A stretch of DNA of 64,000 bases from Narcine bancroftii (GCF_036971445.1 NC_091481.1:85746001-85810000); one strand, 5' to 3'; positions 24,825 through 38,238 are shown, counted from the first letter of the stretch. Program-made: numbers and translations. Notes: generated from the letters alone by a model not told the origin.

Positions 24825-25203
24825 ATCTTGGCTTGGCTTCGCAGACGAGGATTTATGGAGGGGTAAAGTCCACGTCAGCTGCAGGCTCGTTTGTGGCTGA
24901 CAAGTCCGATGCGGGACAGGCAGACACGGTTGCAGCGGTTGCAGGGGAAAATTTGTTGGTTGGGTTTTTCCTCCTTTGCCTTTTGTCAGTGAGGTGGGCT
25001 CTGCGGTCTTCTTCAAAGGAGGTTGCTGCCCGCCAAACTGTGAGGCGCCAAGATGCACCGTTGGAGGCGAGATCAGCCCACTGGCGGTGGTCAATGTGGC
25101 AGACACCAAGAGATTTCTTTAGGCAGTCCTTGTACCTCTTCTTTGGTGCACCTCTGTCACGGTGGCCAGTGGAGAGCTCGCCATATAACACGATCTTGGG
25201 AAG
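24825..25203 (-). mobile_element. RTE-clade (BovB-like) LINE 3' fragment
   Basis: LYGELSTGHRDRGAPKKRYKDCLKKSL peptide; GCCAAGCCAAG tail. Confidence 0.9.
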
Positions 25204-25386
25204 GGTGAGGGTGCAATTAAGGGTTGGTCTTTGGGTTCAGATGAGGTTCAGGTGAGACACTCAGTGACTGAAGGAATTCTCTTTTGTTTCTCTTTCTCTA
25301 ACTCTAAGAGGAACTTCAAGCAATGCCTGCTGATGGCAAATCTGTCTGCCTAACAGCAAACAAAAGCAAATCCTATGTCATTGTAA

Positions 25387-25553
25387 TGACAATAACCACA
25401 CCAGCAGTGCGAGTATAAGACAGCTTTAATAAACTAATATGTACACTAAGAGGTCTTGTCTCTCTGCAAGACGAACCTGGAAGGCTAGACTGTAGCTCTG
25501 ATCTGCTTTATAGACAAGCTCATCGGGATGACCCCTGGTGACATCTCACCACA
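25387..25553 (-). mobile_element. Small solo LTR (Gypsy-like), 167 bp
   Basis: TG...CA termini, GTAA direct repeats on both sides, TATAAA and ATTAAA on the minus strand. Confidence 0.65.
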
Positions 25554-25969
25554 GTAATATTGTAATGTGAAATATTGCATGACAATAAAGGAATATTAAA
25601 TCTTGAAACACAGACCTGGACACCATCTCCACTTGTGCAAGGTGTGCCCTCCTGGTCAGATCCTTCCTGAACAACCAGAATATCACCCAGGACAAGTCAC
25701 CAAGACAACTGGGTGCTCTGTGAGGGATTACTGATATCAGTGGGGGAGAACCACTGGGATAGGTTAAGAGAAATTGTCTTGTGGAAAGGGTAGATAGTTT
25801 GTATTGAGTTGGCTTTTTGAGGAGATCCGTGCAGGATATTGTGCAAAATAGATAAAGTGTGATCATCTCCTGCATCAATTTTTAAGGGAAATGTTGCATT
25901 TGTTGTAATTGTTCAGAGCAGGAGAGCATTTCTGCCCACCCCTAATGCCATCAGCCTTAATCAGGAACA

Positions 25970-26065
25970 AGGGTTCCGGGGGACAGGTTTCGTGCGGGAC
26001 CGGAAGTAGAGCGGCGGCGCCGGCGCTTCCGTCTCACGCGGCGTCCGCCTTTGGTGTCCGCTCTG
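25970..26065 (+). promoter_or_regulatory. GEMIN7: GEMIN7 CpG-island promoter and non-coding exon 1
   Basis: ETS/GABPA site CCGGAAGT at 26000-26007; CpG-rich; donor G|GTGAGG at 26066; matching acceptor aacag at 28655. Confidence 0.7.
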
Positions 26066-28665
26066 GTGAGGATGAAGACGGGCCGCCGGGCGCGGACTTG
26101 ATAAGATCGCGGCTGGCCCTGAGGGGGGGATTCTGCGGCGGCAGGGGACGGGACGGTGCGCGGGGAAGAGGCGAGAGGGGGCGGCCATTGTGTGCCTCAA
26201 GCTCTTCTTCCCCCCCTCTCCCCCACCCCGTCCAGTGTTGGGGGGACGTTTAAGCCCCAGGCTCGGTTTGGCCTCCTTTCTTGACTTGGAGGGATCTTTC
26301 TAGGTTCTCTCAGTTAAACCCCGTTTCCCTTTGGTTCTGCCTGATGCAGAATTGTCCCTGACTCACCCTCTCCCCATTGACCCCTGACCCCCAGCAATCC
26401 AAGCAATTGTGTGAGCATTGAATGTGAGAGGGAAGGGAATGACGGTGAATTTGCAGTTGGGATGGACCTGAGCCTAGGCTGGTGTCAGAGTGCATCACGT
26501 TCAACCCTGAGATTTTTCCTGGGGGTCGAGGGTAGAATTGGTGGTGTAGAAAGAAAACACTGTACACACCGTAAATAAACTGACTGTGCAATGCAGAGTG
26601 GGGTGGGGGGGGGGGGGGGCGAAATCCAATAAAGTGCACGCGTAAGAGTCCTGAATTGAGTTTGTGTTGTTGAGGAGTCTGATGCAGCTGTTCCTGACCC
26701 GGACAAGGCAAAAAGAAATTGCTGATGGAGCCCAGTAAGTCAAGCAGCATCGATGGAGGCAAACGGGTGGCCAGCATTTTTGGTCGAGACCCAGCATTTG
26801 GTAGACGGGTGCTGGTTGACCTTCTGAGTTCCTCCAGCAGTTTGATTTTTGCAGTGCCTACAGTCTCCTGTATCTCTGTTGGACCATGCAGAGTTGTATT
26901 CGGAAGAACATGAGAAACAGGAGCAGGGGTCAGCCATCCAGCCCGTCAAGCCTACTCCCCCATTCAATGGCTGATCTGATGACAGGTTCATCTCCACCTA
27001 CCTGCCTTTCCCCCATATATTTTAATTCCCTTACTATGTCTGTCTTCCCTTGATATATTGACATAAACTATGAATGCTGGTGGGGATGGACAATTGAAGT
27101 TGTGTGCTAGAAAAGATGTGAAAGATTGCTAATTTAAAAATCAGTACTGAATGAGAACTTGCTTTTATGTCAAACAGAACATTCCATTCATACCACAGTG
27201 TTGTGCCAACCTATGTAAATCTCCACAATAGTCGTATCCTTCTCTATCTTATGAGGTAAGTTAGCGCATTTCTATTACAGCGTTAGTGACCCAGGTTCGA
27301 ACCTGCTGCTGTCTGTAAGTTACAGAGTTTATGCGTTCTTCGCATGTCTGTGTAGGTTTCCTCTGGGTGTTCCGGTTTCCTCCCACCCTACAAAAACGTG
27401 CGGGTGTTGTAGGTTAATTGGTATATTTGGGAGGCACGGGCTCGTGGGCTGCAAGGGCCTGTTACTGTGCTGTATGTGTAAGTTTCAAATTTACCTCACC
27501 CCCTTGACCCTTACATCCACATGCCAATCTCATAGACTATCAAATGCCCCTATTGTTCAAGAATCAAGATTCAATTTATTATAAAAGAACAGTCCTATTA
27601 TGTGAAATTTCTTTTTCCCTGCTCCAAGACAGACGGATTCACCACCGGCAGGAATTGCTTAAGCATCTCTTGCAGTCAGAGAGAGAAGCAAAAGAGAGTC
27701 TCCTCTCCCCTCCCCCCCCCCCCCCCCAAGTCACCGAGTGTCCATAGATTCGCCTTCAGCGTTTCCACAGCTGCACAGAGTCTAATCCAAACAATTGGCA
27801 ACCTGAGCTCCAGATCTGAACTGCTGACACGATCAGGAAACCTTCAGCGCCCTCGGTACCTCCTCACATCCCAGTTCTGATACCTGGTGCCCCTCCAGCC
27901 TGTTCGAGCCTGTCTCCAGCAGTCCACAGCCTGGCACAAATCTCCCGTCAACAGTCTCCAGCAGCCCACAGCTTCCATGGGTTCCACGCCTCAAGATGCC
28001 AGCATCCCGCCGTGTGCACTGGTCCCTCAGCTGCAGAGCCCCCTCACTGGTCTGCTGCTGTGGTCACCATCCCCGCGTGTCGACTCCTCTGCTTCTCCCT
28101 CTCAGACAGTGCGAGATCTTCCAATTTTCTTGTGCCTCCTGCTCCAGTCTTCCTCTTGTCTGGAGTGTGCAGCCCCTCATGGGTTCTGCCAATTAATAGG
28201 TGCCGCTATCTTGGGCACAGACCTGCGGTCATGGGATTTTAACCAAAACCACCATCATCTCCCTCAACGGGGTGGTCAAAGCTCATGCGAAGCCGACAGT
28301 TGAATGGGCGGGTGGACCCTGTGGGAGTATTGCATCTCCTCTCCCTTGCTCCCCACGGGTTGCACCAGTGGCAGCGCCGCCATCTTAAACTTTCCAGCCT
28401 TCGCCACCACCCCCGGAAATGCACTCCAGGCACCTTTCCCCTGACATCGCCCCTAAACTTCCCTTTGTACAGATGTCCTCTGGTGTTTGTTATTCTCGCC
28501 TGGGAACAAGGTGCTAGTTGTCCACCCAATCTCAGCCCCCTCATCATCTTATACACCTCTATCTCATCCTCTGTCAGTTCAAAGAAGCAAAATTTCTGTA
28601 TAAAATAAAATCAGTTAATGGTCTAATTTGGATATTTGGTTTTGCTTTGAAACAGCCTCTCCTGA

Positions 28666-29046
28666 ATGTCCTCTCCCTTGACGGTTGTGCGACTCCCCCG
28701 GGGCCCTGATGGACAGAGCCGAGGCTTTGACCCAACGTCAGCACGCTACCATGCCTTGGCGCCTTCCTCCATTCAAGCTTCAACGAACTGCTGCAATTCC
28801 AGCCATGGGGAGGAGCAGCAGTCGCGAACTGTGCTCCGGGAACGCTTTTTGCAAACCCTGATTGCAATGACAGGGAAACCACTGGTGTTTACAATGTATG
28901 AACAGGTGAACGTCACTGCAACATTCACAGCCTCCGACATCGACATCCTGAACTTCCAAGTTTCGGACCTGCAGACACCATTAGGTGTTCAGACTGAAGC
29001 ATTGCTGCGCTGTACTGACATCATTGCCTATTCGTTTAACCTTTAA
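28666..29046 (+). CDS. GEMIN7: Gem-associated protein 7 (SMN complex, Sm-like fold), 126 aa
   Basis: VVRLPRGPDG..RGFDP, LRERFL, SDLQTPLGVQTEALLRCTDIIAYSF motifs; single coding exon just after the acceptor at 28655; ATTAAA at 29126. Confidence 0.95.
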   Translation: MSSPLTVVRLPRGPDGQSRGFDPTSARYHALAPSSIQASTNCCNSSHGEEQQSRTVLRERFLQTLIAMTGKPLVFTMYEQVNVTATFTASDIDILNFQVSDLQTPLGVQTEALLRCTDIIAYSFNL

Positions 29047-29174
29047 GCTATTATTAGAGTGGCTGTTTGTACCCAGTTCATCTGTGTGGTTTTGGTACGT
29101 GTCCCAACCCTGGGAATGAGGTTTGATTAAAAAGTAAAAACATGAAACTCAGCAGGTCAAACTGCGTACTTTAT

Positions 29175-30327
29175 TCTTCTTTCTTCTTTGGCTTGGCTTC
29201 GCGGACGAAGATTTATGGAGGGGGTAAATGTCCACGTCAGCTGCAGGCTCGTTTGTGGCTGACAAGTCCGATGCGGGACAGGCAGACACGGTTGCAGCGG
29301 AAAATTGGTGGGTCGGGGTTGGGTGTTGGGTTTTTCCTCCTTTGCCTTTTGTCAGTGAGGTGGGCTCTGCGGTCTTCTTCAAAGGAGGTTGCTGCCTGCC
29401 GAACTGTGAGGCGCCAAGATGCACGGTTTGAGGTGATATCAGCCCACTGGCGGTGGCACCAAGAGATTTCTTTAGGCAGTCCTTGTACCTTTTCTTTGGT
29501 GCACCTCTGTCACGGTGGCCAGTGGAGAGCTCGCCATATAACACGATCTTGGGAAGGCGATGGTCCTCCATTCTGGAGATGTGACCCACCCAGCGCAGCT
29601 GGATCTTCAGCAGCGTGGACTCGATGCTGTCGACCTCTGCCATCTCGAGTACTTCGACGTTAGGGATGAAAGCGCTCCAATGAATGTTGAGGATGGAGCG
29701 GAGACAACGCTGGTGGAAGCATTCTAGGAGCCGTAGGTGATGCTGTAGAGGACCCATGATTCGGAGCCGAACAGGAGTGTGGGTATGACAACAGCTCTGT
29801 ATACGCTTATCTTTGTGAGGTTTTTCAGTTGGTTGTTTTTCCAGACTCTTTTGTGTAGTCTTCCAAAGGCGCTATTTGCCTTGGAGAGTCTGTTGTCTAT
29901 CTCATTGTCGATCCTTGCATCTGATGAAATGGTGCAGCCGAGATAGGTAAACTGGTTGACCGTTTTGAGTTTTGTGTGCCCGATGGAGATGTGGGGGGGC
30001 TGGTAGTCATGGTGGTGAGCTGGCTGATGGAGGACCTCAGTTTTCTTCAGGCTGACTTCCAGGCCAAACATTTTGGCAGTTTCCGCAAAGCAGGACGTCA
30101 AGCGCTGAAGAGCTGGCTCTGAATGGGCAACTAAAGCGGCATCATCTGCAAAGAGTAGTTCACGGACAAGTTGCTCTTGTGTCTTGGTGTGAGCTTGCAG
30201 GCGCCTCAGATTGAAGAGACTGCCATCCGTGCGGTACCGGATGTAAACAGCGTCTTCATTGTTGGGGTCTTTCATGGCTTGGTTCAGCATCACGCTGAAG
30301 AAGATTGAAAAGAGGGTTGGTGCGAGA
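29175..30327 (-). mobile_element. 5'-truncated RTE LINE (RT region LFADD, frameshifted) inserted in a Penelope remnant
   Basis: ELLFADDAAL and FTYLGCTIS peptides; TSD ACTTTAT at 29168-29174 and 30328-30334. Confidence 0.9.
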
Positions 30328-30729
30328 ACTTTATATAGCAAAGATAAAGATACATAACCAATGTTTCGGGCTTGAGCCCTTCATCAAGGTGTGAGCAAAA
30401 TGTCGGCAGGCGTCCGAATTCGGATGCTACAGAGAAAGATAAATTATTCATGTTTCGGGCTCAAGGCCTTCATCCCCCTGCCCCTTCTCTGCACCATTTT
30501 ATTCAGGTGTCTCTCCATTACAGAGTTGTTGATGTGGGTGCTTGCACCTGAATAATTTTATTGTGAATAAATATTTTATTTTATTGAGGGGGGGGTAATT
30601 CCTCCAGCCACTCTCTGTTTGCCTCTATTTAAAGGCGCCTGTCCTCTGACCAGCTACCAACGGATCTGCGAACCATCCATCCAAAGCTCGGACTTTAATT
30701 GCCTCTTAATTGTGTCGGCAGATTTGAAA

Positions 30730-30918
30730 GAGGAGTCACGTGTCGCTGCCTCCGCCCTCTCGCTGGGAGTGACGTGGGGCGGGGCCGCCGGTGACGTCGC
30801 TGCGCGGCCTCTCGGCCGCGCCTGATTGGCTGGGCTGGGCGTCATTCACGACTCTCTGGCGGCCGCAGTGCGCAGGTGCTCCGGCGGTCGGGGAAGGGCG
30901 CGGGCTTTGGCGTCCGCC
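30730..30918 (+). promoter_or_regulatory. YIF1B CpG-island promoter (E-box, UPRE/CRE-like sites, GC box, CCAAT)
   Basis: GTCACGTG at 30735, TGACGTGG at 30770, GGGGCGGGG at 30776, TGACGTC at 30792, ATTGG at 30825. Confidence 0.75.
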
Positions 30919-30952
30919 ATGGATCGCAGCGGTTCGGCCGGCTTCAGGCAGC
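30919..30952 (+). CDS. YIF1B: YIF1B exon 1 (MDRSGSAGFRQ)
   Basis: Kozak gccATGG, gtaagt donor, phase fits exon 2. Confidence 0.8.
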
Positions 30953-31172
30953 GTAAGTTCCGTACGTGGCCGAATCTTCTTACAGCCGTGGGCCGAATGG
31001 TGTCGTGTCGGCCTGCGGGGCGGAGAGGGGGTCGGGAGACCCTGGGGCGGTGGGCTGGGGATATCCTGTCCGGGGTCGAGTCCTCCCACCCCCCTGGACG
31101 TTGGCACATCCCGCCTCCCTGGGATAAGGGGCTGGTCAGTGGGCAAGGGGTCAGGGGTCACGATGGCATTGA

Positions 31173-31832
31173 GGGTCGTGGCACAGTCTGGGGGGGGTCA
31201 CAACACGGGTCGTGGCACAATCTGGGGGGGGGTCACAACACGGGTCGTGGCACAATCTGGGGGGGGGTCACAACACTGGGGTCGTGGCACAATCTGGGAG
31301 GGGTCACAACACGGGTCGTGGCACAATCTGGGGGGGGGTCACAACACTGGGGTCGTGGCACAATCTGGGGAGGGTCACAACACTGGGGTCGTGGCCCAAT
31401 CAGAGGGGGTCACAACACTGGGGTCGTAGCATAATCTGGGGGGGGTCACAACACTGGGGTCATGGCACAATCTGGGGAGGGTCACAACACTGGGGTCGTG
31501 GCACAATCTGGGGGGGGTCACAACACTGGGGTCGTGGCACAATCTGGGGGGGGTCACAACACTGGGGTCGTGGCACAATCTGGGGGGGGTCACAACACTG
31601 GGGTCGTGGCACAATCTGGGGGGGTCTCAACACGGGTTGTGGCACAATCTTGGGGGGGTCACAACACTGGGGTCGTAGCACAATCTGGGGGGGTCACAAC
31701 ACTGGGATCGTGGCACAATCGGGGGGTCACAACACTGGGGTCGTGGCACAATCAGGGGGGTCACAACACTGGGATCGTAGCATAATTTGGGGGTGGTCAC
31801 AACACTGGGGTCATAGCACAGTCTGGGGTCAC
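31173..31832. repeat. About 36-bp G-rich minisatellite (GGGGTCGTGGCACAATCTGGGGGGGGTCACAACACT), about 18 copies, in YIF1B intron 1
   Basis: Directly visible tandem array. Confidence 0.97.
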
Positions 31833-34800
31833 TGTTGGGGTTGCAGCGCGGCTCTATTGTACTGCTCCACTACCCCCTGGCAATGCATTCCAGGCTTTCA
31901 CTTCTGTTTTTTTAAAAAAAAACTTAACCTCTGACAATTTCCCTAAACTTTCCTCACACCTTAAAACTAACATCCTCTGGTATTTGCTATCGTCGCCCTC
32001 GGAAAAAGGTGCTGGCTGTCCACCCTCTCTGAGCTCTCATAATCTTGTACACCTCTATTAAATCACCTCTCGTATCGCACCAAAGAGAAGAGCCCTATCT
32101 TGTCAGTCTTCATTATATGACGTGTTCTCAATCTTGGCAGCATATTGGTAAAGCCCCTCTGTACCCTTTCCAAAGCATCTGCATCCTTCCTGTAATGAGG
32201 CGACCAAAAGTGAACACAATATTCCAAGTCTGGCCTCAGCAGAGTTTTATAGAGCTACAGCATTACCTCCTGGCTCTTGAACTCAATCCCCTGACTAATG
32301 AAGGCCTGCACACATGCGCCTTCTTAACCACCTGTCAATGCATAAATATTGGAACGAAGTTTAGGTGCCACAAGACTTGCACCACCAAGTTCAGGAACAG
32401 CTGCTCCCCCTCCACCATCAAACTCTTCCACAACAAACTCAATCAGGGACTCATTAAAGGACTTTGACTTGTGCACTTTATTGATTTTTTTTCTCTCTGT
32501 GTTGCACAGTCAGTTTGTTTACATTTTTGTATGCACCTACTAATGAGTGATAATACTGCCTCACCCATAGGAAAAAGAATCTCAGGGTTGTGTGATGTCA
32601 TGTATGTACTCCGACAATATATCTGAACTTTGAATATGCGTGGCAACCTTGAGGGATGCTAAGATTGTCTTTTCCTCCACAGTTAAGAATCTTAGACATG
32701 TGTGAAGTGATGCAGTTTGTGAAGTTAAACTAGGATATGACATACACAGTGAATGATCCTGAGGCCTGGGAGCACTGTAGAATAGAAAAACTACATATTT
32801 CCCTGAAAGTGGTCAAACGGGTAGACAAACCCATATGGCATGCTTGCTTTCACCAAATAAGGTGTTGAGTATAGAGATGGAGGCACCATTGTCTGGGATA
32901 TTGGTGAGAATGCACTGAATATTGTATGGAGTTCTGGTTGCCATACTATAGGCAGGATGTGATTAAGCTCATAGCAGGAGCAGAATAGATTTAGAAGCTT
33001 GTTGCTGGAAATGCTGGGACTCTACTTTTTCCTGAGGTGAGGGAAGGAAAATTCAGGGAAGACATCACTGGCAAGTTTTATTTTACTCTGAGTGGTCGTT
33101 GCCTGGAAAACATTGCCGGGGTGGTGGTGATGGAGGCTGGTACAATAGGTACATTTAAAAGACTCTTTAACAGGCACATGGATGCAAGGAATACAGTATG
33201 AGGTAGGGAAAGGTTATGGTTTACATATCAGTGTAACATCGTAGACTGAAGGGCCTGCACAATGCTGGAGAAACTAAGCAGGTCAAACAGTGTATGGTAA
33301 ATCCCTGGTATGGGGGTTGGTAGATGCCAGATAGGTGAATTTTCTGGTTGCTTGAGAATGTGTGTTGCGTAGATTGGCAAGTTAACCGTTTGTGGGGGGG
33401 TGGGGGGGGTGATGCCAATTTTAAACTTTTGTTTATTTGTTTTCCATGGTTGTTTTTTTTGCCAGTGGTTTGAGGCTGCCCATTGTTTGAATTTCAGATA
33501 ACGGGGATTTTATTATATTTTATATAGCAAAGGTAAAGATACATAACCGATGTTTTGGGCTTGAGCCCTTCATTAAGGAGTGGGAGAAGAGCACAGTCCC
33601 ACAGGCAGGAGGTAATAGGTGGATAAGGGAGGGAGAGCACATCAGCAAACAAGGGGAGGGATGGATGATTCTGTGAATGGAGAGGGAAGGGGGTGGTGAA
33701 CTGGATGAAAGAAAACAGAAGGATAGGGAAAAGAGGGAGCTGGTGAGTAGGCTAGCAGAAACTGGAGAAGTTGATGTTAATGCCATCCAGTTGGAGAGGG
33801 CGCCAGATGGGAAATTAGCTGTTGCTGAGTGGAAAATTTATAGTGATTTCTAATCATGAAGGCCATATATAAGTTTTTATCTCAGGATATGGGCGTCTAA
33901 AACCAGAGGCCATGTGCTTAAGATGAGGGGAAAGATTTAAAGGGATCTTGAGTATCACCTTCTTCACATGGATTTGTTGTACAAGCTGCCTGAGGAAGTG
34001 GTAGAGGTGGGTACATTTAGTGTTTAGAAGTCATTTGGACGGGTATGTGGATTGTAAAGGTTGAGAAGGAGATGACCCAAATACTACAGAATGGAGTAGC
34101 TCAGAAAGGTACCTTGTTCAGGGTGCCAAAGGGTCAACTTCCATGGCTTTATATTTCTGTGAGTGGGTGACTCCTAATACCTTAAAAAGGGCTCAGGCCT
34201 GAAATGTCGATAATATATTTTTACCTGCTATGGACGCTGCAAGTCCAGATGGATTTCTCTGGCAAATACTGTGTGTTTTGACTACAATCACAGACTTTCG
34301 TGTTTGATTCCAAAACTCTGTGACCCTGTGGTTCAAAAAATCCAGGTGGTTTAGTAGGCATCTCGTTGGAAGATGTTTCCCATTAAATTGGTGTAATCTT
34401 AACTCAGTGGTTTCACCAACGAGTTTACTTTGCTACTGTGTACCATCTAAAAGGAATGAATTAAAATTGTTCATGGTACTAATCAGAGAAATGTAAACAT
34501 CTGGAAAATCTCACTTTCCAACACCACAAAGTCCAGAGGAACCGGGATTATGCTTAGGATAGCACGTCGAGGATCAAGAAGGAATGTGAAGCAGACAATT
34601 TTAGTTTTTACTCGCTTCACATGGAAACTTTAACCCTCTGGCTTAAGTGCCCTTCAACAATTCAGTGCCACTGACAACTGAAGTAGCACTAATTACATTC
34701 AGACCCCAAGCCTGAAAGAAGTCTGTCTTTTGTTTTGCAAAAGGATGGCCAGGTTAGGAATTGGGGAAATATGTATGAAAAGTGCTGAAATTTCTCCATG

Positions 34801-35541
34801 GCCAAACCAAAATGTATGTAAATAATGTCTGGAATAATATCTGGAACGTGCACTTGAATCACATGTGAATTGTTTGATGATTAATTTAGAATTATGGAGC
34901 ACAGGCAAATAAAGTTTAAAAAAAAATGTTAAAAAGAAAGGGATGGCCAGGTTAGTTTGCGTCTCAATCAGTCATTCCTTGGCTCTTAAAATCAGCCATT
35001 CGTTTTACACAGAACAGAATCAGGGAGAAGGCAGCAAACAGTATGGAGCTTTCTGAGGTGAAAGCTACGAGTCTTGGCTTAAAACCCTGAGCCCCTTGAA
35101 AAGATTAATGAGAAAAATGCACACCGGCAACCTGCCAAGAGTGAGGTGCCCCACTGATGGTTCAAAAAATCGTGTTTTCCATGTGACCTGTGTAAAAAGT
35201 TAACCCCCTCCCTCCTGCACTTTTTTTTGGCCCTAACCTATTGCCAGCACATCCGAGCTGCTAACACCCTGGCCACCCGCCCATCCGAGCTCCTGATGTC
35301 CCCAGCAACCAGCCCATCCGAGCCTCTAACGCCCCAAACGTGGACTTACAACCTGATCCCGATGCCTTGAATGATGCAGTTACTTATCGTGGTTTATCAA
35401 AAGTAGTTGGGGGGGGGGGGCACTTATGGGGGTAGCTTACACCCATTTCTAGGCTGCATCCCTATCTTTCTATGAGAGCCAGTTAACTGCCAGATCAAAG
35501 TCTAACCCTATCCAATGAAAGAAATACACATCCCCGAGTAA

Positions 35542-36065
35542 AACACAAGAGTCTGCAGATGCTGTGATTGAAGTACAAACAGGTGGACTTTATGTAGCAA
35601 AGATAAAGATACATAACTAACACTTAGGGCTTGAGCCCTTCATCAAGGTACGAGCAGAATATCGGCAGGCGTCCAAACAGGCACAGCCCCACAGGCAGGA
35701 GGTAATCGGTGGATAAGGGAGGGAAGGGACACCAGCAAATGGGGGAGGGGGGACGGCTCTGAATGGAGAGCGAAAGGGGTGGAGAGCTGGAGGAAAGAAG
35801 ACAAAGGAATGGGGAAGGGAATCTGGAGAGGTCGACGTTAATGCTGTCTGGTTGGAGAGTGGCCAGATGGAATATTAGGTGTTGCCCCTCCAATTTACGG
35901 GTCGTCTTGGTTTAGCAGTGCACAAGGCCATGGACAGACATGTCAGCGCAGGAGTGGTTGGCCACTTGGAGGTCCCTGTCACTGATGCAGACAGAGCAAA
36001 GGTGCTCAGCGAAGTGATTTCCCCCAATCTGTGCCCAGTCTCCAATGTAGAGAAGGTCAATGCAT
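35542..36065 (-). mobile_element. Penelope-like element 3' region (GIY-YIG endonuclease remnant plus terminal repeat)
   Basis: Degenerate ETGHRLG... and EGQHLIFHLATLQPDSINVD; similar remnants at about 20180-20610, 33505-33830, 45930-46325, 47860-48050, 58650-59310. Confidence 0.75.
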
Positions 36066-36277
36066 ACACTTCATAACTTTTAAATGTAATTCCTCTTGCT
36101 GACTGAGGTACACTTCATCAAATGTTCCTTTGTTGCTTGTTTCGCCATGAAATCAGTCAGAAGATTTGGGGGAAGTGATGGGGGTTGTGAGCATTTTTTC
36201 CAGAGCTTTGTGGAACTGGGATGGGTCTCCAGCCCGTTGGTGAAGCAGGCCAACTTATCTGTCACTCTGCATTCCAG

Positions 36278-36498
36278 CTGGCAAGATGAGGGCAAGGATC
36301 CCGGCCCACCAAAGTCACCTTTTTGATGATACCAGTGGAAATATGGATGCTCCACCATTTGAACCAGGATACGAGGGACCCTCCTCTGGCTTTGGCCTTG
36401 CAAGACCTGGCATCCTCGGTGACCCCATGGTGTCTAATCTGGCGATGGCTTATGGGACCAGTTTGGCAAGCCAAGGGAAGGACATTGTGGACAAAAAT
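36278..36498 (+). CDS. YIF1B: YIF1B exon 2 (GKMRARIP..HLFDDTSG..DPMVSNLAMAYG..GKDIVDKN)
   Basis: ttccag acceptor, gtaagg donor, 221 nt. Confidence 0.95.
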
Positions 36499-38133
36499 GT
36501 AAGGGTCTGTGACATTGAGCACGGGCAAACTGGCATTCTTCACACAGCGAGATTAGGCTTTTTGCTGCTTGAATCCTAAACCACAAGTGTTCAGCGCGTA
36601 GCCAACTTGTCAATATATCTCAACGCCAATAACTGTGCTTGTTGGCAAAGGATCACTCTGGGTTCAGGATACCAGGAGGCAGATACACCCCTCTGACTGA
36701 GGGCTATGCAGCCACAACCATGTCAAGCCCATAATATGACAGAGGTTGTCCATTCTAAGCACTGCTGCTATAACATGTTGGTAATCCACAATGAAGGGGT
36801 GGGATTTCTGTTAACCAATAGAACACAAGAAAATAAGAGAACGCTGTTCAGTCCTTCGAGCCTGCTCCACCATTCAATACGATTACGGCTGATTACACAA
36901 CTTAAGTCCCCTATTCCTGCTTTCACTCCATACCCCTTAATCCCTTCAGCCAAAAGGGCCACATCCAAGTCCCTTTTGAATCTATCTAACAAAACTGGCC
37001 TCAATGACTTTCCATGACAGGGAAAGTTCCACAAGTTCACAACTCTGAAGAAGTTTCTCCACATTTTGATCCCTCTTATCTTTAGACTATGACCTCTTGT
37101 TCTAGCCTTTCCCAACATCGTGAATTCTTCCTGTGTGTGTCTCTACAGGCCTTTTTATAGCGGGGTGGGGGGGGGGGGGTGGAGTGAACATAAAGGTGGA
37201 TATTCTCTGCCTTCACATCAGTTCACCTACCTTTATAAAAACATTGCCAGCGGATACTGACTCCGATTTGTCCTGGGGTAGTCTCACAGGTGAAGCAAGT
37301 CACTCCACCTCACTCCATAAAGGCAATGCTGCTGAAGGTAGCTGGTTAGGGGCGGGCTGGTGACGACATGATGTTGCCGTAAACACGCAACCCATGAGCC
37401 ACCACCAGGGCTCCCACGGTGATTGGTTTTGCCATCCAGAAACGTCCTCAACCCATTCCCCCTCCGCTCCTGTTCCTTCACCCAGGCTGCCGAGATTGAG
37501 GAGCAGGAGGGCAGAGAGGAGCCGGAGAGAGAGGGAATGGATGTGCAAGGTGAGGGGGAGAGGAGAGAGTCTGGCCCGAAGAGCCTGGAGCCCAATGTGG
37601 CGATGCTCAATAAACAGGCTATTGAGATTCACTTTCATTCTTCTAATTCCAGTGAATATAGACCTATCCAGTTTTCGTGTGTCAGCCCTGCCTTGCCAGG
37701 AATCAATCTGATGGATTTTTGCTGCACCCGTCAATAGCAAGCATGTCCTCCTTCAGATTGTGAGACCAAAGCCACACACAATTCAGAATAGGCCACTTGA
37801 CCCCTCTCCACCATTTAAATTGATGATGACTGATTTACCCCAGCCTCAACTGCTGTTCTGTGTCAAATCCCCATAGTACTTAATCTGCAGGTCATTCTAA
37901 ATTGTATCTACTCCTTTAAATGCTTCTCATGATCCAGCCTCCTGGGGCAGAGAGTTCCACAGATATACCACCCTCGGCAAGAATAGGTGCATGTCGAACT
38001 CAGAAATATTCAGGCTGAGGATCTTGATCAAGGAATAATTTTAGCGTGGTGCTTTGTGTCGTCCTAACCAGCAGCATTGTTGTCTTAACTGGTGTCCCTT
38101 GAAACTTGACCTAGTGTCCCTTGCTGCCTGCAG

Positions 38134-38238
38134 ATCGATCGCCTGATTCCAATCAACAGGTTGAAGTATTACTTTGCTGTGGATACAGTTTATGTTGGAA
38201 AGAAGCTGGGTCTCCTGGTCTTCCCCTACACGCACCAG
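38134..38238 (+). CDS. YIF1B: YIF1B exon 3 ([35 protein letters not shown])
   Basis: ctgcag acceptor, gtaagc donor, 105 nt. Confidence 0.97.

Noticed and set aside
26965-27000. CTGATGA motifs (also near 40107 and 56125) as hammerhead cores or snoRNA boxes
   Set aside because: They belong to the repeated CR1 3' tail and lack a downstream stem-GAAA or paired C/D architecture.
29149-30341. ORFs of about 200 aa with RT motifs as host genes
   Set aside because: They are frameshifted pieces of a 5'-truncated RTE insertion.
31173-31832. 36-bp periodic array resembling CRISPR, with overlapping ORFs
   Set aside because: No unique spacers, no cas genes, and it sits in a eukaryotic intron; it is a minisatellite.
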